Notes: generated by a model not told the origin, from the sequence alone. A stretch of 61,634 nt of DNA, filler included, from Diploschistes diacapsis (GCA_023645945.1; 9 parts of 9 records of this genome joined end to end with filler, not necessarily neighbours in it), one strand, 5' to 3'; positions 26,852 through 39,958 are shown, numbered from the whole stretch's first letter. Translations and numbers: made by a program.

Positions 26852-29800
26852 ACGGAATAGACCCGAGCTAGTAACGGACGCGAAGAAAGTTGGAATAAAG
26901 AACATTATTGCAACCCGACGGTTCCTTAATAGGGACGTAAGATTCGTAATAAATCAAAAAGAAGCAAGAAACGAAGTCAAGAAAATAAAAGAATAAATAA
27001 CGATATTCGGACGAGAAGCGAAAACAATACGAAAAAAATTTATAATAATAACGCATAAGATACGAGTAAGTTTTATAAACATCACGGAACAAAACGCGGC
27101 GGTATACGTTATCAATAAAATAAACCCGAATTTAAAAAACATAATACGTCGAACAATATAAAAAAAGCGAACCTTAATGAACGGAAAGAAAATGAATTTA
27201 TTATTTATCGTAATCGGAACGTCGGAAATAATTAATAAATTAATAACGAAAGGTTTTCTTTAGGATAATAAAATTCACGATTACGAGCCATTCCACGGAA
27301 ATTATCGTATTACGTAATGTTTTAATTATTATAATTTTAGGTATATAGTAACCCGTTACGGACGACCAAAGTATTACGGGTTTTACGCGGGCACGACTTA
27401 CAAAACGAACGTTTATCCGACGAAAAAATAACCTTAAAGCCACAAATACGTAAATTATAATTATAAAGATTACCCGTTATGATCGAAATAGTACCTTATA
27501 GGCCAAACGATAACGAACCGCGTTTATAAAAAATACAATATAAGGCCAAAAATATTCCGAGAATAGATCGAGACGCACCCTTTAACGATTAATATAAGAT
27601 ACGGGAAACGACCGTATTCTTATATTTATCCTTCGCGTTTCTTCCCCCTCTCGACCTCTTTTATAACCTTAATTATCCTATCGAACTCACTTCATTTCCC
27701 GTTTTCGAACGGCCTTCAGGACCCAATCGGAAGCCCGTTTAAAACCGTAACACCAACGGATCTAGCGCGTACCGAACCGGAATCCAGTAAAAAAATAAAA
27801 GAAGTCATTATAGAGAACTATAACGATAAAAATATAAAAAAAACGAGAAATACGGGTCCGAAAAAAAAACGAACGCGCGCCGATTATATAACGATAATAA
27901 TTTATCGTCGGAAAAATTAATCTATAACGAAACGATTATAAAAATTCGTAAAAAGTTCGGCCGACATCCGATCCTTCTAAGCTGACGACTTAGAAAACCT
28001 ACGCGAAATAAAAGGGAATAACGGGAATAACACGACTTCAATAATTAATCTATGTTAGACATCATTATCTATTAATATAACGTATAAAAAAACAAAAATA
28101 AAATAATAACATCCTTTTTCGTAAACGAAAAGACGAAAGATTACGATATTATAATTATTTAAAAATCGTAACGGAATTTATACCAGAACGATATATATCG
28201 ATTAAAAAAATGGCACATCGTTATTATAACGGGAGATACCCGCGCGCGCGTCGCGGTAATAATTAATAAAAAGATAACATTAAAGACGTAAAAAGTCGAA
28301 CGAACGGAACCGAATTAAATAACAATAATAATTCAATAAGACGGTTTACCCCTAATTATAATCCACTATATATATAATTAACCCCCGTTAAACCATAATA
28401 ATACTTCGTTTCTTTTCTTAATCCCCGGGTTCTGTAACTTATTTACGAATTTATAAATTATAATAAACGACTTTAATATCTATTACCCAGACTAATCTAA
28501 ACCCGGGTTACTTATAATCCACGCCTTAAGCCATATTCTAATTAAAAGAATAAACCGGATAAGCATACGGTTACTAACCGTCCCGAAAACGCGGACGTAA
28601 AAAAGGAAATTTTCGTCATCAATAATCGATTTAATATAATATTTTAAAAATATATAAAACGTAACGGTCTTATATCAAACCTTAAAAGAATTCGATTATA
28701 AATCCGATCACATACCGATAATAACCCGTTTCGATAACGCCAGTTTATCCGGAAAAAAAAAGGAATATTAATATTAAAAAAACATCGATACCTAGACCGC
28801 GGAAAAAGAAATAACTGCCCTACTTATATTCAAAAACGAAGCGACAGCAAAACGAATAAAACTTTACAACGCTAAACTAATAACAAAAATAAAATATATC
28901 GCAAAAATCTACGTATTACGGAAAAAGACATAAATAAATTTCTCTAATTTATGATTCGATAGCGAGATTAGGAGCCTAATAACAGAAAAAAGATCTACGT
29001 TCTGCCAACGGGTCAGCCCCGAATAGATCGCGGAGATCCAACGTATAAAAAGAAAAGCCATTAAAGCAAAAAAAAGAACGATCTTTTAAAAACACATAAA
29101 AGAAGCGGCCGAAAATATAAAAAAGCTATAAAAGACCGCCGCTTAAATAAAAAAGACAAAAACGGTATTAACGGGCCTAACAATACCAAACCTAAAAAAA
29201 TAAGATAAACACGCGCGAACATTTCTAGAAAAAGCCGAAACGTTCGCGAAAAGATTCTATCTAAAATCTATAACCGACTTATTAAACATTAAAGACCCGA
29301 AAGGACTACGCTCCCGTCGCGTCGAAATACCGGAAGAAACCCTAATAACGTTAAAAAAAATAAAAAACATTCTACGCGAAATTAAACAACATACGACACC
29401 GAAGCTAAACGAATTCCCGATCTTTTTTCTAAAAACGATAAAAAAAAAGTAATATACCGTCGCGGCATCGCTAACAAACGTTTATTAAAAAACGAATTAC
29501 TTTACGAAGTCGTTCCGGACGACAAGAATAATAATCTTACGTAAGCCGAAAAAAGAACGATACGACGAACCGAAAATATAACGTTCAATTACCTTACTTA
29601 ATACGATAAATAAAGTAATCGAAAAAATATTCGCAAACCGGATAAAAGATTTAACCGAAGAAAAAGAACTGTTCTTTCGCACCTAGATAGGCGGCCGGAA
29701 AGGCCGCTTAATAAAAACAGCGGTAGAATTATTAATAGAATAAATCTATATTATCTAAGACACGGAATCGAAAAAAAATATAATATTATTATTATCGCTA

Positions 29801-31123
29801 AATATCGCCGAGATATTCAATACGATAGATTATATCCGGCTTTTAAACGTATTACGAACGAAAGAACTTCTCAAATAAATAATAAACTAAACGATAACTT
29901 TCCTATAAGAACGACGAACCACGCTATATTTTTAAAACGAAAAAACCTCACCCCGAAAGATTACCGTTAAAATCCCGCAAGATTCGCCGTTATCAATTAT
30001 TCTATTTCTTTTATATAATTCCACCTTAATAAAAATACATAAGAATAAAAGACTTTAAACAACGAATATAAGATTTATAAATAATCTAAATATTATCGTT
30101 TACGGCCTAATAACGAAAAATAATTATATCGCGTTTAAAGAATTATACGACCGATTAATTAAAAAAGCAAAAAAATTTAGATTCGCGTTCGTTTTTTAAA
30201 AATACGAGCTGATCTATTTCGCAAAAAAAAGAAAACGTTATAATATAACGGCCACGTTACGGATAAAAGACGATACCTTACCGCCTATAACTTACGTAAA
30301 GGTTCTCGAAGTTATTATCGATATAAAACTTAAATAAAAAAAACATTTACGAAAAACGAAAGATAAAGCGAACGAAACGCATTCGACGTTAACGCGGATC
30401 GCGGTATCGACGTAAAAAATGTCCTTACGGGACGCGCGTTAAATATATTATATAAAAATAAGAACGAGTATACTATATAAAAACGAGATATAGGCAGAAT
30501 TATAACAACCTAAACCCGAAAAGAAAAAAAAGGAACTCGAACGCTTTTAAAATCGCGCGCTTCGTACAATCACGAAAACGTATAAATCGATCTTAATCGC
30601 GAAATTAAGAACCGAGGCTTATATATTCCCGACGGATCTTTATTTAATCGATATAACGGCGCGCATTTATCGAAAACTCGAAACTAGCGAAATAACAACG
30701 GAAATTAAGAAACGATACGTAACGATAACGAAAAAATTACGACCAAAACGCGGACGGAAAACGGAAATTAAACCGACGTTAATTTAACTCCGGGCGGCAT
30801 AAATAAACGATAAAAAAAAAGAAAAAAAAAATAAAAGAATAAATAAAAAAAGAATAAATAAAAAAAATAAAAAAATAGAAAGAAAAGAAAACTAACGGAA
30901 AAGATCCGGAAAGGAGGCGAAAGAAGGATGTCGTTATAATACCGGAAGGCCGCAAGATTCTCGATTTATATCGAGAATTAAGAAAAATAAAAAGTTCGAT
31001 AGCGATTTAAGTAAAAACCGGTATAAACGGGTTAAATAAATGTTTTAAAAAATGAAACGTTCCCGAAATTAAATCGTTAAGATATCGTTATGACGGTAAA
31101 TTAGAAACGATTCGATATATAAT
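26852..31123 (+). mobile_element. Tad1-like non-LTR retrotransposon (LINE), heavily RIP-mutated: ORF1 Gag zinc knuckles and ORF2 APE endonuclease-RT-Zn finger
   Basis: Reverting C>T/G>A changes restores: CCHC knuckles 'QCFNCYNFGHIATRC...CGFCAG..H....CP' (~27315-27420), 'YDIIAIQEPW' (28142-28171), 'GDFNIHHPDW' (~28466), 'SDHIPI', 'LRKPGK..YDEPKAWRPIALLNTMGKVIEK' (~29540-29630), 'QMGGRKGRS', 'LSLDIAGAFD', 'GIPQGSPLS.ILFLLYN' (~29970), 'FVDD' (~30075), and a terminal 'ETIRHI'. Very AT-rich, TpA-rich, CpA/TpG-depleted. Confidence 0.92.
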
Positions 31124-31223
31124 NNNNNNNNNNNNNNNNNNNNNNNNNNNNNNNNNNNNNNNNNNNNTTAATTAATTAANNNNNNNNNNNNNNNNNNNNN
31201 NNNNNNNNNNNNNNNNNNNNNNN
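31124..31223. other. Artificial contig linker
   Basis: 44N-TTAATTAATTAA-44N. Confidence 0.99.
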
Positions 31224-31746
31224 GTTTTAAACTTTCGAAATAATATTTTCGATATAACTTTATCTTCGATAATATCCTTTATTTTAAATAAAAGAATGTT
31301 ATTAATTAAACGTATTTTTACGTAACGTAATCGTTATTCCGATTCGATAATTTCGAAAGATTATTGATTTTAAAATTAATTAAGGAGACGTTATTCACTT
31401 TTATAATAAATATCTTATCCTCGATAGGTTTATTAAGAATAACTATAGATTATCTTTAAGTTCTTAAAGAAAAATAACAAAAGATTAGCTCTAGAAGAAC
31501 TAGAATGCTAGCATAGAGAAAAGGATACTTGATGATTCTAAGGAATTATTCCAAAAAGGAAATCTAGTACCTAAAAGTATCTCAGCAAAAAACAAAAGCA
31601 AAAGTAAAGTACGGCTAGAGCGCCGGGCTCATAACCTGTCAATTATATTGATCGAGAAGAAGGATTGTATTTCTCTACATGAGATGTCTGTAAGCGGATT
31701 ATATACATTCTATATGACTAATCATGTCCCCCTGCTCCTTCTCACA
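31224..31746 (-). mobile_element. 5' end of a Ty1/copia LTR retrotransposon: 110-bp LTR (31746-31637), tRNA-iMet-derived PBS (31636-31617), RIP-mutated leader/gag start
   Basis: On the minus strand, TGTGAGAAGG...AATTGACA is immediately followed by GGTTATGAGCCCGGCGCTCT. This is complementary to the D-arm/anticodon half of fungal initiator tRNA-Met (half-tRNA priming typical of copia elements). Downstream DNA is AT-rich and RIP-like. Confidence 0.8.
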
Positions 31747-32060
31747 ACTTGTATCGTGATATCAGCTGTTCCCGTAGTGTAAATACAACAGCTTTGCTTC
31801 TCATCCGAGACTGCGGCGGTATCAACATCATGCTCATAATCGTTGGTATCATCCACGAAGGCTGTGGAATAGGCAGTGCTATTAGTCGCTGTCTGAAGAG
31901 GCTGCTGGTCATTAACTTGCTCGGCTTCAGCCATAGTATTCCAATCTTCTGCAGTAATGAGGTCAATGTCATTATTGTGGCTTACAATAGCGTTCCTGCT
32001 ATCGAACATCAGAATAAGATCACCGTCTGGATCCAGCACATGGCGACCAAAAATTTGCAT
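31747..32060 (-). pseudogene. 5' part of a fungal BTB/POZ-domain gene, interrupted by the copia LTR
   Basis: 'MQIFGRHVLDPDGDLILMF...ADITIQV' matches the start of fungal BTB proteins (LDPDGDLxL...xxVSSKHL). The frame runs into the LTR TG exactly where SSKHL is expected. Confidence 0.65.
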
Positions 32061-33194
32061 TCGAAAATTGTGAATTTGGGCGATTCGGACATAACGACAT
32101 GGGCTGGAAAAGTTGAGAAAGAGTTTGAAATGCTATCGTGTCAATGAGGCGCGCGAAAGCTTGCCAGAGTTAAAGGTACGAGGAAGCGGACTGAAGAAAT
32201 GAGAGACTGGCTTCCTCTCTACCTACTATATGCAATTAAGAATTGAGACAGTCGACTACCACTAGTAATAGTTACTTTGAGGAGCTGAAAAGAACTTGGG
32301 ACTTCATGATGCGACGTCACTGGGGATTTACTACTATATAAAAACACGGCAGCTCCATCTTATTCCAACCAAGCAAATAAATATGTGCTTTTGGTGGAGT
32401 CCTCTAAAAGTATTCAAGATAACTGCTAATTCACAATGCTTCCAGGATTTAAATCGCTCTTTCACTACTAGCCCAACATCTTCATTTTCGGTGAACGTTA
32501 AGATCAATGCAGTACTTGGCTCCTCAACTGTGTGACTGTTACGACGTCGTTCCTTTTCGAACGATAACTCCCTTGCCTTCATTTAGCAACTGCAACCGTG
32601 GATATGATTCAACTTGTCATTGCAAAAGTCACTAGCATGTCTCGATGGAGAACTAGAGGAACTTAGCACACATATTGCGGCATTGAACGTCTGTATCATT
32701 GAAAGATGGACTACCTGGATGAATGACAAACGGATTTACCCAACCGCATCAGCCCGGTGACAAGTACGATGGGATTTGTGTGAGAAGATGACGTTCTATG
32801 GTCTCGAGCTCATGATACTCGAGCATACCCCCCGGCAACGGAAACAGATGTAGTGGAAAGCTTTCGAATCGATGAAAAAAGGTACCATCACCGCTTTGAG
32901 TCTAGCCCGTCTGATATGCACGCTGCTTGATGAAATACCATGCTATCACAGGGTGACTCATGTTCATAAATGTGGAGTTTGTTATTGAATTTCTTGCAGT
33001 TGATGACACATTGGTCCCCCGTGTCCCCCGAGTCTTGAGTACTCGTGATGATGAAGCTTGAGCTTTAATAGAGGTTCAGTTTAGTCTCACTCTCGATTCG
33101 CGTATGTGTTTATACTCTAGTTCTTCACAACCGTTTCCAAGGTCTTTTTGGCTTCTTCTATGAGGTGCATCTGTGTATCCGCGCTAAGCTATCT

Positions 33195-34723
33195 ATGGAT
33201 CAGGATGAAAGGCACTCGCCTATTAATGATGCCAATATCTTGGGATTGGACGAGAAGAACCTGCATCGGCTCAAGCTCGAAAGAGCATTCGATTGGGTTC
33301 TAGAACTAAGCATAATCGAAGAGAAATCGGGTCGACCTGCATCTATATTCAAACCGAGAGGAGATGACTCTCCAGTCGCCAAACCATCGACTCCCGAAGA
33401 GGGACTACTGGCATGGGTACAGTGTGTTGCTGGGTTCTGCATCAACATTTATACTTGGGGACTCCTAAACTCATTTGGTATGTGGCCAGTTTTCCATTTC
33501 TGTTTCACGCATTAATTTTGCCAGGTGTCTTCCAAGCATTCTATCAGCAGGCACTTCCAAACACTTCGGCGTCAGATATATCATGGATTGGAACAATACA
33601 AGCGTGTTTCCTCCTTGTCGGCTCAGTATACTCTGGACCATTATACGATTTAGGATATTTGAGGCCATTGATTGCTGTCGGCAGCTTCATGGTTATATTC
33701 GGCATGTTTATGACTAGCTTTTGCAATCATTACTGGCAATTGATGCTCGCCCAAGGCATATTCGTCGGAATGGGCCTAGGTTGTCTGTACACCCCATACA
33801 GTTGTGTTATTCTCTCGCACTTCTCGAAACGCAGGGGTTTGGCGTTTGGCATTGCGAGCACTGGAAGCGCTATTGGTGCGTATCCGCAGGCATCAATTAT
33901 GAACAAATATAAACTTCTGTACAGGTGGTGTCGTGTTGCCGATTGCTTTCTCGAAGCTCGTTAGCGAGATTGATTTCGGCTGGAGCACACGGGCTCTGAC
34001 ATTGATGATGCTCATTCTGTCTATACTACCGGTCTTTGGACTACGTATGCGCACAAAGCCCCTCGCCGTTCGCAGCGTTTTCAATCGTGAAGCCTGGAAG
34101 GAACCCGAGTATACTCTCTTTGCTTTCGGATACTTCTTCGGAACCCTCGGAGTGTATGCTCCTTACTTTTATGTCCAGATATACTGCTCTGATCTTGGCA
34201 TTGTTACAGGTGATTTGAATTTCTACCTTTTGCCGATCATGAATGCTAGTGGGCTTTTTGGTCGTCTTGTGAGTTGTCCTTTGTCTTAGTCTACATGATT
34301 GCCTAATCGTTCTAGGCGTTTGGGGTTCTCGCAGATAGGATTGGCGCCGTGAACGCGCTAATCACAGCAGGCATTGGATGCATATTATGTCTTTTTGGAT
34401 GGATTAGCGCATATAACGAAGCCAGGATCGTGGCCTTCTGCATATTCTATGGATTCTTCTCGGCTGGCCTGATCACTTTGCCGCCCACCGTTATCGCTAC
34501 CGCTCTGTGTCCTGACATGCGCCAACTTGGAGTCCGCTTGACGCAGCAAGCTGTTCCTGCTGGTATTGGCTTGTTGATTGGTAATCCTATCGGCGGCGCG
34601 ATCTTGGATAGAGGATGGGTTGGTCTGCAAGCGTACGCCGGAACTACGGTTGTGATCTCAATTATGCTAGTCGTCGTTTCTCGGATGGTTAAGTTTGGAA
34701 CCGGTATCATGATCAAATGCTAA
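33195..34723 (+). CDS. MFS transporter, monocarboxylate porter (MCT/Mch-like) family, 461 aa; 4 exons
   Basis: Exons 33195-33477, 33525-33875, 33925-34268, 34316-34723 total 1386 nt with GT..AG introns. Motifs 'EEGLLAWVQC...TWGLLNSFGVFQAFY', 'SDISWIGTIQ', 'SGPLYDLGY', 'HFSKRRGLAFGIASTGSAIGG', 'LIGNPIGGAIL'. Confidence 0.9.
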
Positions 34724-35241
34724 CACGGGGACGCGGGTCAGTATATGTAAATGTGCTATGACTCGGGGCAGTTGTTTGATATTTGAATACGCTTCTGTTC
34801 CTGAGAGACTTAAGTGCCTCACTGCCTGTATTTAGAGATTTTATCTAATGTATTGAAATTAGTTGTATCTTAATGTCTACATCGGTTGAAGCTAAACGTA
34901 GGTCAAGTGAATCTCGCGCTGATACTTGTGAAGAGATATGTTTAGCCCTCCAGAAACATGCGCTTTGAGTAATAGTAAGGAATATAGCAATGTAGCTTCT
35001 CTGTATATACATGTACTGCTGGTCAGGGCAACTTCGGTTAACTTCCTTTGCAGCACCGGCAATGGAAAATCTTTTATCCCAGACAGAAGCTCTTTGGCGG
35101 AGCTGCGTATACTTGCATCTCGAAAGCTTCTATAACTTGACCGAACTTCTCCTTTCCTCACAATAAAGCCTCACGCTCTAGACTCTGCTCTATTATATCT
35201 TTAATATCGCCCCACTAGCTCCAGTAAACAAGTCGACCACC

Positions 35242-35464
35242 ATGTTCATCGCGCGATCAGAATACGGTAAGCTCCTGCAGCTCCTCGAGCTCTATCGTCC
35301 CCCTGCTAACGGAGCTTAGATCGCGGCATAAAGTTCGTCTACCCACTCCACCACCGAAAATATCGCAAGCTAAAGCTCTCCACAGCACCTTCTCCCCCGA
35401 AGGCCGCCTCTTCCAAGTCGAATACTCCCTCGAAGCCATCAAACTCGGCTCGACTGCCATCGGG
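35242..35464 (+). CDS. PUP2: 20S proteasome subunit alpha-5, 5' part only (truncated by contig end)
   Basis: Exons 35242-35266, 35320-35332 (13 nt), 35386-35464 splice to [39 protein letters not shown], the alpha-5 signature. Confidence 0.93.
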
Positions 35465-35493
35465 GTAACTTCTCTCCCTCTTAGGCCCCCCCC

Positions 35494-35593
35494 NNNNNNN
35501 NNNNNNNNNNNNNNNNNNNNNNNNNNNNNNNNNNNNNTTAATTAATTAANNNNNNNNNNNNNNNNNNNNNNNNNNNNNNNNNNNNNNNNNNNN
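35494..35593. other. Artificial contig linker
   Basis: 44N-TTAATTAATTAA-44N. Confidence 0.99.
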
Positions 35594-35767
35594 CCTTAGT
35601 GTATTATTAAAAATTTAAGGTATGAATATAGTCGTTAATATTAAATATTAATAAGATTGAATCGGTATTATGCGACGTGGCTATTGTTGAAGAAATTGAA
35701 GAAAAAGACGAAAGTTGTAATGAGAGGTGGCCCATTTCTGGGGGTGGCCCACTTCCCCGTCAAACAC

Positions 35768-36086
35768 GTTATTATAATAAGATTAATGATGTGTTTTAAA
35801 GGTTTTAGAACCTTTAGGGTCCCGTTAGTAATTAATTAATTAAATTGACTAATCCATTTAGGCTAATAATCTGACAAATCCATGATTTGAATATTATTAG
35901 ATTATTAATCTAAATCATCTAAATCATCTGCAGTCCTTTCCTAATAATATTTAATTACTAGTAGAATGTTCAACTGTTATTAATAGGATTAGTGATGTGT
36001 CTTAAAGGTTCTAGAACCTTCAGGGTCCCACTAGTAACTAATTTATCAGAAAGACTAACCTATTTAGGTTAACAATCCGACAAAAA
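35768..36086 (+). repeat. Two ~110-bp diverged direct repeats (35768-35878 and 35976-36086) in AT-rich, RIP-like DNA
   Basis: gattaatgatgtgttttaaaggttttagaacctttagggtcccgttagtaatt vs gattagtgatgtgtcttaaaggttctagaaccttcagggtcccactagtaact; differences are mostly C/T and G/A transitions. Confidence 0.8.
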
Positions 36087-36398
36087 CTTAACGGGAGGGT
36101 CAACCCGAATGGGGTTTCGGTTGGCGAAGCCTAGCGCATCAGTTAAAGGATCTGGGTCCTAAGGCAACCTTTCGAGCAACTGTTAATGATGTCATTGTAG
36201 TTTCAAGGTCAACACCGGAAAAATAGCCTTCAATCAAGCCTCTGTTAGCGCAGCGCATCGTCCCACTGTTAAGGGGTTCATATGTAATACCTATTCAATA
36301 TAACTCCATGTGGCTTTCAAGTCATGGAGTTATTGAGTGTACTAGGTAGTCATCCATATAGGACCTAAGGACATCCGGCTCATAGCAGCAAGACTCGT

Positions 36399-39300
36399 AT
36401 GATGCTTGGTCACGCTACACCGACGCCGTGCACTCAGATAGGCTGGAGTCCTCGGAGATGCTCTCGACCTCGAGGATATCGCGGCCAATGTCTAGTCCTA
36501 ATACTGCTGTTTTCGGCTGCGTACGCACGAGTCACAGCTGTAGCGAACACGCTACCCGCTCACGCGAAGCCGTTTAGAGTTGGTTTGTCAGAAGCGGCCA
36601 ATATGGGTGAAGAACTGGTGATACAAGAGGTAGCAACGGAATAATGTATTCTACGTTTGACTAAAGCTAATAAAATATATAAGTGTAGGTCTGTTCATTC
36701 CGCTGCTGATCAGTGTGCATTTATACGGATGAACTGCGTTGAGGAAGAACCGGGTCTATTATCTTACTTGGAATTCTACTATTGTACCTCACCTAACGCG
36801 AAGCCTGTCGCCTTCTCTCTGCTGGCGCTATGGCTCGTGGTTCTTTTCAGCACAATCGGTATAACATCGTCAGATTACTTTTCTGTGAGCTTCACGTGTA
36901 GTGCCCAATCTAAACACTAACAGCCCGAAACAGGTGAATCTCAGCACGATATCCTCGCTACTAGGCTTTAGCGAGAGTGTTACAGGTGTGACTTTTCTTG
37001 CTTTTGGAAACGGAAGTCCTGATGTCTTCTCTACCTTTGCTGCCATGCGAACAAATAGTGGTAGCCTTGCGATCGGAGAATTGATAGGTGCAGCTAGCTT
37101 CATTACGGCAGTTGTTGCCGGATCTATGGCTCTAGTCCATCCCTTCGCTGTTACGAGGATGAGTTTTCTAAGAGATGTAGGCTTTTTCATCGTAGCTGCA
37201 AGCTTCAGTATGGTCTTCCTTGCTGATGGTCAACTTCAGCTATGGGAATGTGGGACCATGATTGCGTTTTATCTGTTCTACGTTTCCTTTATCGCTGTAT
37301 GGCAGTGGAAGTCTAGCAGAAACAAGCGTTTGGGATGCATGGAAACACACGCTCGAAGCCATTTCCTCACTCCTGATATCGTCAATACAGCCGTTGGCAG
37401 ACGCGCACAGAGCGGTGACATATCCATTACTTCGAGTGAGCGTAACCTAGCTCTTGCACAAGAGCGAGGTTCTACTTTTGGGCGGTCACGTGGATCTGCC
37501 GCCTACGACACCGCTCGGGACGAAGATAGCGCAGGCTCTTGGATGACGAGTGTCAGTACAAACATGCGTCTAGGGAGGCCTGTGGTAGGCACAACAGATG
37601 GCGCTTCTAATCCGATCCGCCCAAGTTTGATTGGGGCTCTAGAATTCCGCGCTCTACTCGCATCTCTCAAGCACTCACAAACTGAATGGGGTGCTTCAAT
37701 CAATTTAAGACGATACTCTGACAATCCTAACTTAACGCTCGCGCAGCAGCAACGGTTTCCAACACATTTATCACCAGAGCTAGATTCTGCCCGGTATACA
37801 TCTGCGAATCATGATACAGATATCCAGATCCACGACAGTCGAAGGCGTGCAGCGTCTACAAATGACTTGCTGAGCGCTTCTAACAATGCGGATCAATGGC
37901 GCCTTTCGAACAGTAATCTCTCCCTGACGCCAGGGGAGAGATCGGCAACATCAGAGAACAGAAATAGGAAGCCAGATCGGGGGGCAGGCCTAAAATTGCT
38001 GAAATCATTGCCCCTTGAGCATGTTGATGCTCCGGATGCGGCCAATAGCCAAGTCAACTCCCACCTTGCGCCCCCACCTTGCACACCTTCTATATCGCCG
38101 CTTAGCGCTGCCTTGACAGCGCAAAACAGGACAGCCATGCCTGAATCACAACCGAATAGTGGCCGGCCCGATAATAATGGTCTGCGACATATAGAGGCTG
38201 CTGGGTCAACGCTTGTAGGCGATTTCCCCCCCTATTTTGACGATCCAAACGAAAACGTACTTCAATCTCGCGCACCCGTAGTCAGGCTTCATTCACCTAT
38301 TCCGGAGGGTCATAATAATGAGACCTGGCCGAGAGTTCCACAGGATCCCGAAAAGCCCCTTCGGTGGTGGCCTTACACGTTTTTACCCTCACCTGTTGTG
38401 CTGGTATCGACGCTCTTCCCAACACTATATCCTTGGGTAGGCAAAAGTTACAGCCAAAAACTGCTTGGTGTCCTGACCGCTCCCAGTGTTCTGCTGCTGA
38501 CTATAACACTTCCCGTGGTAGAGCCGACGGACATCCCGGAGCCACCTCTGGAGCACGATGAGACAAACGAACCGGAAGTTTCCACTAGAGATAATACCCC
38601 TAGCCACCAGCGGCACCTTATCGGAGATCTACTTGAGCAGACAGTATCAACGGACGGACTGAACAACATGCGTCTGGGCTCCACAAACGTTATAGCTGAA
38701 GCAACTAGCAGACAAATGGCCGAAGAATCAGATTCTTTACCCGAACGTCTTGAAGGGGTCTCGAACGAGCAAGGGACTGCCGTTGAATATCAGTCCACAT
38801 CAACGAAAGGTTGGAGTCGTTGGCTGGTAGCAATACAGATTTTTATGGCTCCATTTTTCGTCATATTAGTTACCTGGGCAAATATAGATGAAGCTTTGTC
38901 TTGGGTGACGCTTCTTACGTGGACGGCCTTCACGATGCTTGGATCTTTGCTCACATTATTGGCAGTTATCCTGACAACGACCGACAGTACTCCTCCAAGA
39001 TATCGTCCTCTTCTGTGTTTTGCTGGTTTCGTTGTAAGCGTTGCCTGGATCTCTACGATAGCAAATGAGGTCGTTGGTATATTAAAAGCGTTTGGCATCA
39101 TCTTAGGCATGAGCGAAGCGATTCTAGGTCTTACTATTTTTGCAATTGGTAACAGGTATGAGCTGCACTGCCGCTTGGAAAACCCTTTATACTAAGTACT
39201 TTCCAGTCTGGGTGATCTAGTGGCCGACATTACTGTTGCCAAGTTAGGATTTCCGGTCATGGCGCTTAGTGCTTGTTTTGGCGGCCCGATGTTGAACATC

Positions 39301-39632
39301 TTGTTAGGTGTTGGACTCAGTGGTCTTTATGTGACAGTCAAGGGTGAGCAAGGGAGACATGAGCACCACCTGGATGGTCCAGTCAAATATAAGCCCTATC
39401 GGCTAGAAGTGGACAAAACGCTGGTGATTAGTGGTGTCACCTTATTGCTTACATTACTAGGGTTGTTAATCGCTGTACCATTGAATAAGTGGATGATGGA
39501 CCAGTAAGCACTGTCGCTATTTCCCAAATTGAATTTACTAACATGGGATGAACTAGAAGGATAGGCTGGGGTCTTATAGCGCTTTGGTCATTAAGTACAG
39601 TCATGAACGTGATGCTGGAGGTCGTTGAATAA
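36399..39632 (+). CDS. Cation/Ca2+ exchanger of the CCX (NCLX / yeast Ecm27-like) group, ~1008 aa; 5 exons
   Basis: Exons 36399-36629, 36684-36884, 36934-39155, 39207-39503, 39557-39632 total 3027 nt. Alpha-1 repeat 'GVTFLAFGNGSPDVFSTF', alpha-2 repeat 'LGLTIFAIGNSLGDLVAD...MALSACFGGPMLNILLG', and a large central loop. Exon 1 is less certain. Confidence 0.9.
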
Positions 39633-39858
39633 GGATTAAATAACAACAAGCGGCAGAGTCAATTTAATTTGATAAGTATAGGTATTTGTGCACGTCCGAT
39701 AAGTCTTGAAATTTTTAAGCGAGTCCAGATTGGCTATAGCCGTCTTCCCATCTAATACTACTTAATTTGGGTAAATTCTCACGTGGTTAATTTTTTTGAT
39801 ATATACTTATAGAAATAGTCCATAAGTAGCCATTAGCTTTTGTTGAATAATATAATGA

Positions 39859-39958
39859 NNNNNNNNNNNNNNNNNNNNNNNNNNNNNNNNNNNNNNNNNN
39901 NNTTAATTAATTAANNNNNNNNNNNNNNNNNNNNNNNNNNNNNNNNNNNNNNNNNNNN
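39859..39958. other. Artificial contig linker
   Basis: 44N-TTAATTAATTAA-44N. Confidence 0.99.

Noticed and set aside
31617..31636. Apparent tRNA-Met gene (agagcgccgggctcataacc)
   Set aside because: Only the D-arm/anticodon part is present, with no acceptor or T arm; better explained as a copia primer-binding site.
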